Shown here: in pieces, positions 11,572 through 22,707 of the stretch
Numbering within the stretch: position 1 is the first letter of the stretch
How the letters are laid out: each line of letters begins with the position of its first letter
Origin: Anthoceros angustus
Taxonomy: Eukaryota > Plantae > Anthocerotophyta
Assembly (NCBI GenBank): GCA_010909165.1
Contig: MU008174.1
Span: forward strand, 124,001-188,000
Length of the DNA stretch: 64,000 nt
Reading direction: 5' to 3'
Notes under the pieces: generated by a model
Told to the model about the DNA's origin: nothing
Databases searched by the model: none
What the model saw: only the letters and a program-made list of their open reading frames with translations
Translations under genes and position numbers: made by a program

Positions 11572-12990
11572 CATGTCCCGTCCTTGAACTTGGCAATTGC
11601 AGATACAGCAACACACATGAGAAGTAGTGTGTGTAGGCCGTTTGGATAACTCAACTGATCTGCCAGAGCGCTGCAAAAGAAATGCCGCCCTTCCCTATCC
11701 AGTTCCACCATGATCAAGGAGTGGAAGATAGCCATGGGAGCATTCCTGCCAATCTGTTTTGCTTGCGAGTCGTGAGTTGGTGATTGCAGAATCTTGATCG
11801 CCTCAATGCCCACATGACGAACTACAGCACGTAACAAGGGCACATTGTACTGAGTGCCTGCTTTCCTCACCTCGTCCTCAGAAAACATGAGCTATTGCTT
11901 CAGCTTCAGGGTACTCAAAGACTCAGGATGCCATGTCCGGAGGTACTGGTCCACTTCACATTCGAGGTCATCATGCCCTAGCACAACATCGGGCAAGATG
12001 CGAGGAGCCACCTTCATATCTGGCAGCAGATTTTCAGACAGAGGGTTGGGCAATGTGATACTTTGAGGGAATGCACTCAATATACAGGACCATGAGCACC
12101 CTCAGTGTGCCCTTGTACAGAGTCCGCATATAATCAGCCAAAATAGCAACCCGCGAGCAAGGAGGGTTCCATGGCCCGGAGATGGGCCACGAGCAACCTG
12201 TAAAACAAACAATGGCCACCCGAACTCAACACTGCTCAATAGCAACCTCAATTGGCATAAACTTGTGATGGCTCACCAGCTCCTACCATGCAAAGGTCCA
12301 ACAAGGTAGCCTCGACGGCTGGAGAGCCAAAAATGCATTTCCAAAAGTGCTAAGAATTGGCAACTTCGCTGTGTCCCACTCTGTCACGCTAAAATCAATC
12401 AGCCATGTCACCAATCGCCGGAAATACAGCCGAGGATGGAAATTGTGCGTCTTCTGATCCGTATTCTTCTGAATGACTTGCACAGGCACCCTCAGAATCT
12501 TATTGAGAAGATTCACTCCTGCCATCTTCGGCTCCCCTGCATCCCGCTCTACCAACAGCACCACCAACTTGGCAAATGTATCAATCGATGCAAATGAAAG
12601 ATCCTCCCACTTTGCAGTGATCTCCTTCACCAGGCCACCAAATCTAGACACACCCCGTAGATACTCCAGTACCGGGCCACACATATACTGAGCAATGACG
12701 ATGGCTTGATGGCTCCCGAAAATTCGCCTCAACACCTCCTCCAACACCTTACACACCGACTGAAAACCCTTGCAATCCTTATTGGAACCAGCCACATATC
12801 GTGGTCAGAGGGGAACACAGGGATGCCAAACGCCATCGCTTTTGACACAGCTATACCCAGGTCACACAAATGAGCCTCGCACTGTTCGAAACTAGTGCCT
12901 TTGCTGTTGAGAACTGTCCATTGCCAAAATATCATCCAATCCTAAAGATAACAGGGATGTCACAGGGCTAGCTGGATTCGCATTGGATTC
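11572..12990 (-). pseudogene. Decayed partial copy of the NOT1 C-terminal region
   Basis: Peptides VRKAGTQYNVPLLRA, LPDMKVAPRIL, FHPRLYFR and ESNANPASPVTSL match the NOT1 ORF at ~29247-31450. It has frameshifts, stops and an internal deletion of ~690 bp (junction near 12605). Confidence 0.9.
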
Positions 12991-13089
12991 ATATGTCAAG
13001 CAAGGAGAATAGGTAGGCCTCCAGGTATACCGGTAAGTAGTGTTCCATGGGTACCTGCCCGAAATTATTCTTGAGATGCTAGGTGGGCA

Positions 13090-13260
13090 GCTCTGTGATG
13101 TGTGTTCACTACAGAGGAAAAACAAGCAACATTCATCCAGTCCACAGGCCTCAGGGCTTGTTGTGGAACTTGTGCCGATAGAGTTGAGAACGGGGCGAAC
13201 CTAAGGTGCCCTGCATGCAAACAGAATGTCACGACAAGAATGCAGGGTTATTTACTAACT
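13090..13260 (+). pseudogene. Frameshifted C3HC4 (IAP-type) RING-finger fragment
   Basis: CDVC, then a frameshift, then ...ATFIQSTGLRACCGTCADRV...LRCPACKQNV. Confidence 0.45.
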
Positions 13261-13669
13261 TCAAAACTAATTGTTAACAAAAAGTGGCCCGAAGTGTGAT
13301 TTACAGCAACGTCATTTACTAGTTTTATGGTTCAAAACCCCAAACGGATGTTTACAAGGTGGATAAATTTACGTATAAATTCATCCCTGACCACGAAGTT
13401 CTTTGGACGGTTGGTACTTTTGAAATGCGTGATCATAGGGGCTAGTTCCCCTAGCATGGTGCCCTATGTTGGGCTTTTCCCCTTTGTTTTTGGGGTGGAT
13501 GAGTTTTTCCCGTCTTTTTTTTATAATAAAGTCTTCTTTCCCTTCTGGATAAACTTCCTGACAATGTTGGCTAAATCATTTTGGATGTTCGGAATGGGTT
13601 TTCACTGTAATCCATTTGGATAATATTTTATTATTTCTATATTCTGTTGTACTTCATTCTTGTAACTTA

Positions 13670-13915
13670 GTTTGGTGTTGTCCGTTGTAAGGGTGGACGT
13701 TAATTTTACAACATAATATTTTTCTAACATTGTACACTACTTTGTAAAGCTCGTTTGTTGTAAGTATGGAGGCCTATTTACAATTCAAAATTCTTGAAAT
13801 TGAAAATTCATACTAATTGCCTTGTACTAACCATTGTAAAAGTATATTGTAATATTATATAATCTGCATTACAACGTCGTCATTAGCCCCGTTGTAAATT
13901 GAGTCGCACTACCCT
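13670..13915. mobile_element. Possible CACTA-like subterminal remnant
   Basis: Cluster of gttgtaa/ttacaac motifs like those at 3225-3936, but no clean TIR. Confidence 0.3.
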
Positions 13916-14069
13916 AATTTTTGGATTTTTTATTACTAGTAAAAGAATATTTGAAATATTCCACGAAGATATTTGAAATATTCCACGAAGATATTAATAT
14001 GGCCACGAAGATGTGGATTAGGCTTTAGATGGATACATATAACACCGTCGCTTGACATTGGCACTGTCT

Positions 14070-15186
14070 TCATGGCCGTGTCCATGGCCATGGACCGGCA
14101 CAAATGGCCATGGGTATAGCCAAGGTTGCAGCCGGGGTAAACCCCGGGTTAGGCAAGCCCATACATGGCAAACTCAACCCTGCATTAGGACCAGTCCACA
14201 ACAAGGAACAGCCATGCTCCCAAGAAGGCTCAAATTTCCTGACCCAAGTAGCTTCCCTCCACTTCTGCCACTTCGGAAATTTTGCTTGTTGTTGCAGCGA
14301 GACTCTTACATTTCCATCAAGCAGTCCCTTGTTGCGGTAGGCTAATTCGTCTCTTCCTAAGGTAGTGTGATGCTCCATCACAAGCACATTGAACAAGCAT
14401 GCTTCTGGGTAGGACACTAGCATAATCAACTTTTCTTGGGACGTAAACATCTGCACATAGTAGCAAGTACTAGTGTGTTCTAATTTCCTCACCTCTGTGA
14501 CAACCTTGTACACGTGAACAACTAGCTCTTTTCCGTGCTCTAAGACGTCAACACCTTGTCGAGGAGAGCAGGCGGCTAGCCCAAACCTCCATCTCCTGTG
14601 GCAACCCAGTAAGCATCATAAGACTAGTCGGCCCATAATATGAGAAATTCACTTTCCCGCAAATAAATTTGGAATCACAATCCTTGATCCCCGCCACTTC
14701 CGTTACTTGTCAAATCCACTTGCCTTCTCCTGGCACCAAGATGCTTGGAGTTTCCTTCATCTCAGTTGCCAAATAAACCCATGCCCATATCGGATCGTTG
14801 TTCGACAATTTGCCGAGGTCTGCAGACCATACTGGGTGTGGGTATCCCATCCTAGCTTCATGTGAGTCCTTAAGTATGGCCTGATTCCCAGATTCCTCTT
14901 GAACCAACGAGGAGATAACCCAACGGAGAAAAATCCCATTGAGAGAATGAAGAGGCATCAACAAACAGAAACGAGATGTCATAGACTTCATCTTCACTAT
15001 CCGAGTCTGATGCATCTTGCATAAATGAAAAGGAAATCTACAACATGGGATCCATAACGATGATTCGAGCAGATAGGATCGGATGATCAACGTGAAGACA
15101 TAGCAGCAAGACACGAGACGGTGCGGCGCATGCGTGCATACCTCAATAGCAAGAGAACTTAAAGTATTTATTGAGAGGAAAAACAA
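14070..15186 (-). pseudogene. Interrupted ORF(s) of unknown family, divergent from the P450 promoter (partial second copy at 7365-8234)
   Basis: ORFs 14710..15186 and 14070..14513 form a protein-like series with a stop (TGA at 14710-14712, TTA in copy 1) and a frameshift. Confidence 0.35.
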
Positions 15187-15698
15187 ATATTTATATACAT
15201 AGTGTTTCGGTTATTAAACCGTTGTAACTAAATACGAAACTACTTAAACCGCTAATAAGACGTACTGATAAACCGTATAATAGATCTGATAATAAGTTGA
15301 ATACCCTAAATCTATAACCCTACTGGCATCGCCCAAGAAATTCACAAAAAAAAGTCCTTGGTTTTTGGTCCTTCAAATATAAGCGAGACTAAGAGATCCA
15401 TGTGTATATATGTAGAATAGAGCACAATGTTTTAATAGTTTCTTTGTGTGAGCAGTCTAGAACCAAGTTGTGCTTAAGAGCTAGTGACCATCTTTGTCTC
15501 CTTTAGATTGTCCTATACATATTTGCATCACTGTGATTAGTAATCGTGTCTTAGCTCGAGAGAGTTACCACTTTGTAAGATAGCTGGCTAGCTTGATTAG
15601 ATCAGGAGGAGTATCGATGCAAGGCGTGGTAGTGGGTGTTGTGCTGCTTCTGCTCTTGTTCCTTCTGCCGTATCTCTATGTCCGGCTGCGATGGTACT
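14317..15698. repeat. ~1.38-kb segmental duplication, copy 2, ending in a truncated P450 5' end (ATG at 15617)
   Basis: Matches 7365-8750. The P450-like start MQGVVVGVVLLLLLFLLPYLYVRLRWY breaks off into unrelated sequence at ~15699. Confidence 0.92.
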
Positions 15699-16591
15699 CA
15701 ACTCTACTATCTGCCGTTGCTCGTATGTATGGTAACAAGGTCGTCTGAAAATAAGGTTTGCCTGGATGTTAGGGTGTTGCCTATAAGGTCGGCGCACTCT
15801 ATGGATTTTGAGGTATATACGCTGGTCGAGATTGGGAGTCTATTTAAATGCTGAGTTTGTGGATTTGTTTGTGGAACAAAGAAATTTCAGGCTGCTTTGG
15901 AGGCACACCGTGTGGGACTCTAGTAGGAGCGGAGGAGCAAGAGCTATGTGGAGCCAGATAAGTATATGCTACTGTCAATTAACAGAGTCAGCGCAATATC
16001 GGCGGATTCCATTGAAACAGGCTGTTGGGCATAAGGTAGTAGACGTTCCCATCATCATATCTATAGAAAAGCGTGTTAGAAAACCATATACGTTATTGCG
16101 GGTATTGAACAAATGTGGCGTCCACTATTCGACGGCAGTGCAGTAGAACGTGGCAAAATATATTCTCGTGTTTGAATTCATTCCTTCAAAACTCTGGAAA
16201 ATGTGCGGGGACTGGAACTAGTCGATGCATTTGAACTTGCATCCGACACGCCGTTCTTATGATGTGTCCCAATCTACAAACAACGTCCAACTGGATAGAG
16301 ATACGTTTTTGGCTGATTTGATGTTTTTTACTTGGATTGGCTGTGACATGTTATTTCATTTCGCTTTTTTCTCTCTATTTCGAAATCCATTATTTTGGTT
16401 TGCAAAAACAAGGACAATGTACTCTAACATAATGGCATTTTATATCATGTATCGTCATTTTGTGTGCTCAGGATTAGAACTAGGTTATGCCGTTTGGTTC
16501 CATGGCGGAACGCACGGACGATCCACTCCTTGAAGAAGTGCACCGGTCAACCGGCGCACACCTCGCCCACAGTTCACTACTAGCTGGAGTC

Positions 16592-18171
16592 CTAGTACAA
16601 CTCAAAAACTAACTTATATAGACCACGTAAACCATTTTCATCGAGGGTTTCAAGATCTTCGCCTTCTGATGCGACAGCTTCCGCAATGCCGTCATCTGCA
16701 ACGTTATTTCCTTCCATATGTTCTGGAGCTTCCTCCTGCACAGAGCGCAAAACGTACATGTTTTTCCGTATTATGGTTCTGGTCCTTGCATTTAGCTGCT
16801 TCTGTTTTGTTAGAGAAAACCCGTATGCCAAGATGAATGTGTCTGCAAGAAGTAATTTGTCGACGTATTTCCGTAACCTCATGCTCCGACGGTGAGAGCG
16901 ACCCCCATGATTGGCGGGTATTGGTGGCTGATTAGGTAAAATCATCTCCTCTAGGTACCTGCCTTCAAATGTGTCAGTGCATTTAGTGACCCACCAATGG
17001 ACTTTAATGAATGGGGCGTCACATTGGAAGTCCACTTGTAGGACCTTTGCAAGCCAGAACGGTCGATTGTCAACATCTGTCTCACAAGGCACCGTAATCA
17101 TGTGACCTATTTGTATCTCCAACATATCGCCGTTCAAGCTTTCTTGTTCCCGCCTTCGCGCATCATCCTGTCGATACGCTCCAACATACCTATCCCGCCA
17201 TGGCACTTGACGGACGATTGGATGCCGCAAAATCTCAGCCTCAGGTACAACCAAAGAAAGGCGATGCAACTCTTCATTACGTTCTCGATCGTACTATTGC
17301 CAAGCGGTCTTTAATTCCTGAGCATGTTCACATGCTATGTTGTCGACAATGGTTGATTGCTCAGCCCAGAATTCCTCCCACCAAATATCCTCGCTCGCCC
17401 CCGAGTGGGTCCTGAGTTTTTCCTCCAATTTGGCACGCATTACTGCAAGACTCCTTTCAGGATCCCTCCCTTCTGCAACCGCCTTTTTACTTCGGACCTC
17501 CAAATGAACCAAACGAGCAGCTTGAATAGGAGTCGAGGGAACATTATTCAAAAACTCTAAACCCTCTTCTGGCGATCAGTATTCATCAGTGGAATATTAT
17601 TTACCCCTCATCACAGTTACAAGTCTACGCTCACCTCAAGTTTCTCGGGTAATTTTGAATTGCTACTGGAAAGATATATTGTGCAACATGCCACTTGTTT
17701 ATATCTAGCTTTCCCATAAGGTATTGGCCAAACAAACTTTCGGAAGTCTGGAACTTCCTTCACCTCCATAATTTGTGGTTTGGGCGTATGTCCATTCTCC
17801 AAAACACCGGTTAGTTTGGGAAACATGAAAGCTTCCTTTTGTGCAAGCACTGTTGAAAACCTCGAAAACATCTGGTCAACCTGGTCATGTGTATGGCCAA
17901 CCAGGAGGAATCCTATTTTTACCTTCTGGAAAACCTTAAGCTCCACCATCATATTCAGATAAGTGAATAGCAGTGCATTCTTATTCTCCCGTGCAATATT
18001 GTCGAGTTGAAGATAGAGGACCTTTGGCACAAGTCCCTCGTAATTTGAAATGACATGCTGAATATTGGCTATAGTCAGGTTTGCAAGTTCTGGATGTTCC
18101 CATATGCCAACCAGCCACAGGCAGCTTCGGGATCTCAACCACGAATTATTTGATGTGAGGGGCACAACCAA
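16592..18171 (-). mobile_element. Degenerate DDD transposase, Sola-like
   Basis: Motifs LYLQLDNIARENKN...KIGFLLVGHTHDQVDQMFSRFS, typical of Sola-type catalytic cores. Downstream frames are broken by a frameshift and an in-frame TAG at 17294-17296. Confidence 0.7.
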
Positions 18172-19199
18172 GCCCCTTTATACAATTGCTGGGGGCTATC
18201 ATAGCCACCAGACTTTCCAGGTCCTAAAAACGGTTGAACGCGAAGAGACGCCCCTACAATTTCGGACGGCCTTAGGTCCAGGATGGCATCCTATCCAAAG
18301 TTCTATTCCTAGGATGCCACTACTCCCTGCCTACGTTATCTTCGCGCCCTCCTCCGATTTGGTCGCCTAGCCCTTCGTCCTCTGCTGCTGAATCCATGGG
18401 CCCTCCTTCCTCGTTGCTGGTCTGGTAAATCCTCCCATAAACTCTCCACCGTTTTTCCATGAGCCCAAGTCCCAGCTCCCTCACCAATTCTCCAGCTCGG
18501 ACCCTCTAATGGTCCATATTGGGCCATTGGGCAGTCAAAATTTTCGCTACGGCCTTGAGCTCCATGCTCCTGCAAAAACCCCACTGCCCACGGCGCTTCG
18601 AACTGCTGATAGCTCGCCTCAGCCACTCCCAATTTGGCCAGTACTCTAGGGTTTCTACCTTTCCAGACTCGAGAGATTCCCGCCGCCACCAGGGCCTGCC
18701 CTTCACAGCCTCGTGCCGAGCTCGTGCCCTGTCAGGAATTGTCTGGAGCTACCCCGCTGCCGCCGCGCCTGGTGCCTTTCCGAGTTCCCTTAGGGTTATA
18801 TTTCCCCAGAAACTCTATGACCGCCAACCGGCTTCCGCTACCACTGCTTCCTCCAGCGACCGCCCTTCCAGTTCTTCTACCGCCTTCGGAACATAGCTAC
18901 CGCACACCCCAGTCAATGATCACACACCAATTCAACTACCGCCCCGGTTGGTTCGACAGCTACCCTATGGACTTGATTACCTCTGCCAAATATGAGGACC
19001 CCCTCCCCCCATATATAGGCCTTTTATTAAATATTCCAATACCAAAGGCCAAGGAGTATCGAGTTCATAGTCCAAGGACCAATTATTATTTAACCCAGAA
19101 AACAACCCCAAAACTCATAGGCCAAGGACACTTTCTACTATAAATATCTCTTCCTACTGACAACCTAGCTCTTCTTGACACCAAACTTAACAAAAAAAA

Positions 19200-20548
19200 C
19201 AAAAAATCACCCAAAGACACAATTCAACAGGGAGTTTCCAATTACCAGATCGTTTACAGTGAAGTATGGTCCAGTAGCGAAATTGTTGAACATGCCAGCG
19301 TTGTTGATACCTGATGTGCTTGCAGGAGTGCTTGCGTTGTTGATTACAGTGTTTCCTGCCGTGTTCGCTGCAGGCATGAAGGTGCCCAACGCTCCGTGTG
19401 TTGGAGAGTTCGGGGTTGAAGGGATGCCTGCTCCAGTGGAGGCGCCTACACCCAAGGCGGCGCCTGTAGCGGACTTAGAATCTCCGGAGAGAAGCCCGAC
19501 ATCATCTGCATCCGAGCCTGTGTCTCCACAGTTTTCAGCCATGGTTTCGGTGCAAAGTCAAAGATGGTTTCTTTCTGATCAAGCAGTGTCAGATGGCAAG
19601 CGGTTAGGAGGCGAAGTGGCAAGTTGGTGCCGCTTGAAGTCCCGTCCTTTCGCTGATACTTGTGTTCCCGAAAGAAAACCCTACTCGTGACGCTTCAGAT
19701 CTCCCGTTGCTTGGTTGCAGAATTACTGAGCAAGGGATCGGGCGATGCCCGCTGAGGTCACAAGATGGTGCGCTGAAAGCCGTAAGCTACGGGGCCATCG
19801 CTGATCTCAAGATCCTCGCTGAATCTTTCAACCAAGGCATTTAATTGTTCCTTAATCTCGTTGATTTCCATAAAAATCTGCCCTATAAGTGCTTGCGTTC
19901 ACGTCGTATGTCTAAATAGCATCACTTGGAGGTCCCCAAGGTTGGCGACAGGTTCGTCAGCAACCTCACTGAGCAAATGAAAATGAGAGGCTTCAACTGC
20001 ATGGTTACTGTGCCTGAATGATTGCTCACGATTCTCTTGTGGGTTTCGTGAGTTCCTTCTCTCCTGTTGTGATATCCTGAATCTAGCTTCTGTGTCAGGA
20101 TAGCCTGGAGGGGTTGGGGGCCTGTTCACGACGCCTGGAAGCCTGGACTTGTGAAGTTGTTGTCACTGAGGGATTTCTGGGAATTTGGGTTGAGCGTCAC
20201 TGGCGATCCCTTTCTCTGATATACCTATCAGTGATGAAGTTGAAGAAACTTCTCATGCCGGGCTCCCTATTTCTGTTCCTGCGAGGCATTTTACACCGTA
20301 GATATTTTTTGCATATCTCTCTCTGCAGTGCAGCGGAAATTAGATACCCAGGAAAATGGCACTAGGAAAATTGTTTTCCTTTTCCATTATGAATTTTAAC
20401 TGACAATTGTAATGCAGGTAGTGAAGGTATATTGGGCACACGAACCAGGCGCCACAGATTTATGGTTACTGGGTTTTGTGCCCAATAAGCCCTTGCACTA
20501 CTAGCATTGACAACGTTAGATCAGAATCACATATCAAAAAACCTTGGT
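19200..20548 (-). mobile_element. Degenerate internal (gag-side) region of an LTR retrotransposon
   Basis: Lies directly downstream (minus strand) of the LTR and PBS. Contains stop-ridden low-complexity frames starting MPRRNRNREPG. Confidence 0.45.
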
Positions 20549-20560
20549 GCTCTGATACCA
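20549..20560 (-). promoter_or_regulatory. Primer-binding site for tRNA-iMet
   Basis: gctctgatacca is the reverse complement of TGGTATCAGAGC and directly abuts the LTR end. Confidence 0.85.
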
Positions 20561-20753
20561 TGTCAATACTACTAGAGAGAGAACGAACTTGACAATCAAT
20601 AATAATGATGAATAATAAAATGTTCACAAAGAGTTGATCTTAAATACTAAACCCTAAGTGTTACTATGAATAACCCTTCAATATACATCTAACCCTAATC
20701 TAAGTAACTATGTAACTAGTGGCCGTGGTTATAATAACCCCTGGGGTTTAACA
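20561..20753 (-). mobile_element. Short 5' LTR (~193 bp)
   Basis: Bounded tgtcaa...ttaaca (TG...CA) and adjacent to the PBS. No partner LTR seen. Confidence 0.7.
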
Positions 20754-22707
20754 GACATCCATCACAAGCAAAGAGTACCTCCTCTTCCTCACAAAACCTC
20801 GCATATCCTGGACATCTCAAGCATGAATCTGATATTGCACTTTTTTCTCCGACTGTGGGATAGTAAATTGCAACCGTCCCTCTTCTATGTCCCTATCTGC
20901 GAGCTCCCGTTGCTCATCCTCCAAGCCCTTCCATGTGTTGACCTCATAAATAAACTGTTGAAAGTTTTCAGGGTACTTGGTGAGGACTTCAATGTCTTTT
21001 GTTCTTGCTAGCAGGTTGTTTATCGATTAGCTACATGGGGGAGGGACTTCGCCGGCATGCCCTCCCTGCAATTAGGGCCTCAGGGGTTCAGTCCGAGGTA
21101 AGGCGCCGGCATGCGGCGCCTCCTCGTGCTACCCTCGGCATAGACGCCCAACTTCCCACAAGGCGTCGGCATCTGGCGCCCCCTTCCCACACCACATGAG
21201 GCATCATCATGCCGCGCAATGATGTGAGAAGGCGGCGGCATGCGGATCCCAAGCGGGAATATGGAAAACCGGGCGTAGGGAGGGAGGAAGGAAAACGACA
21301 TAATATTTGAAGCGGTGAATATACATCAAGCGACTTTTAGCGTGAATATCTGGGCAGGGTTTTCGATGGGCATTGAAATGCGTATTTGAGCATACCATGC
21401 AGAAGAAAGCACACAATTAGGGTGTCGTAGAGAATTTTATATCTTTTAGCGGCTTACAATAGACCATTGTTTTCAATGGAAATTTCTTCCCTATTCTCGA
21501 GCTCCGTGTAGGCCGCGACTATCTTTCTACGGAGGTCATAGCAATTGAATACGTTTTTTGTGCGTTGGACACCATCTTTGTGAGCGACCAAGGCTGCGTC
21601 GTGATCGGAAGTGTGAAAGGTGGTGTGTTTTTTCTCATTCTCTTGCGCAAGCTAGCGACGCGTGGCCTAATATATGTAAGTCATAAATGTCATGGGTGCA
21701 CGATAAGAGGTTGTAAGCCCTGGTGTTAATGCGGATGCAGGCACACCGGCGCATAAGAGCATAGGGTGCTAGCATATTGGCACCTTCATTGTTTCCTAAA
21801 GTTGGTAAAGTGGTAAAAAACTCGGCTAAGAATCATAGGTCGCGAGTTCGAGATCTAATTGTAGTTTTTATACTCGTTAAGTTAAGTTTCTTTAAGGCGC
21901 GGCATCTGGCTACCTATCTGTGGTGCACCATACCTGGAGGCAAAATTTTGTCCAAATGGACCAAACCGCGACGAGGCAGTAACAAGACCCAAATGTGTAA
22001 ACCGAGAACATTAAGAATCACAGGTTTTGGGACTATACGGTGAATCTGAAATTGGTCCGGGGTTTCTGAAAGCGGCTTCGTATACTCAGCCGCTTCAAAT
22101 ATTATCGTGTTGAAGGGGTGGGCGTCGGCATGCCGGCGCCCTCTCCCTCCTCCTCCCTCCCTCTACCACATAAACTTCCAAAGAAACTAGCGAGTATGAT
22201 AAATTACCTTTCCCTCGAAAGCAGTCTAGAACCTGGCGACTACTTCGTCGGTAGAATGTTGTGGGTACTCTTGTCTCACCATCTCAAAAGAGGAACATCC
22301 TAAGTGCTTCGCCAGGGCCACCTGGATGATACGCAGTTTCTTGCGCAATATAATTTCATCTGACATACCCTTCAAATCCATGAGGCCTGTGAGAACTTTC
22401 TCTGTTGCACTAATAAGCATTTGCTGCCTGCTCTCCCCTGCTGGAATTCCTTGAAAGCAATGCCATGGCTTTGCCTGCATCTCCTTTGGCTTCACCAATA
22501 TAAAATTCAACTTGTTTCGTGTCTTCCGCTGCTTTCCGTTTGCCTTTGCTCTTTTTGCTCATTCCTGCTGCCAGATGTTTCTTCTGCTCCGGCAAGTCAC
22601 AAGCCTCCCACTTCGCAAAGATCTTGTCCACATTGTCCCATACCCTTCCTTCCAACTTCGCTATGCACAAGATGTGCGTCCTGTTGTCTACCTTGTTCTG
22701 GTTGTAA

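Noticed and set aside
7365-15698. The 1.38-kb direct repeats as LTRs of a retroelement
   Set aside because: No TG..CA ends, PBS or PPT, and the repeats include the P450 start codon region.
16575-16583. cactactag as a CACTA left TIR
   Set aside because: No subterminal repeats. Similar sequence (gctagtagt) lies downstream of the second Sola-like fragment at ~26271, so it is internal.
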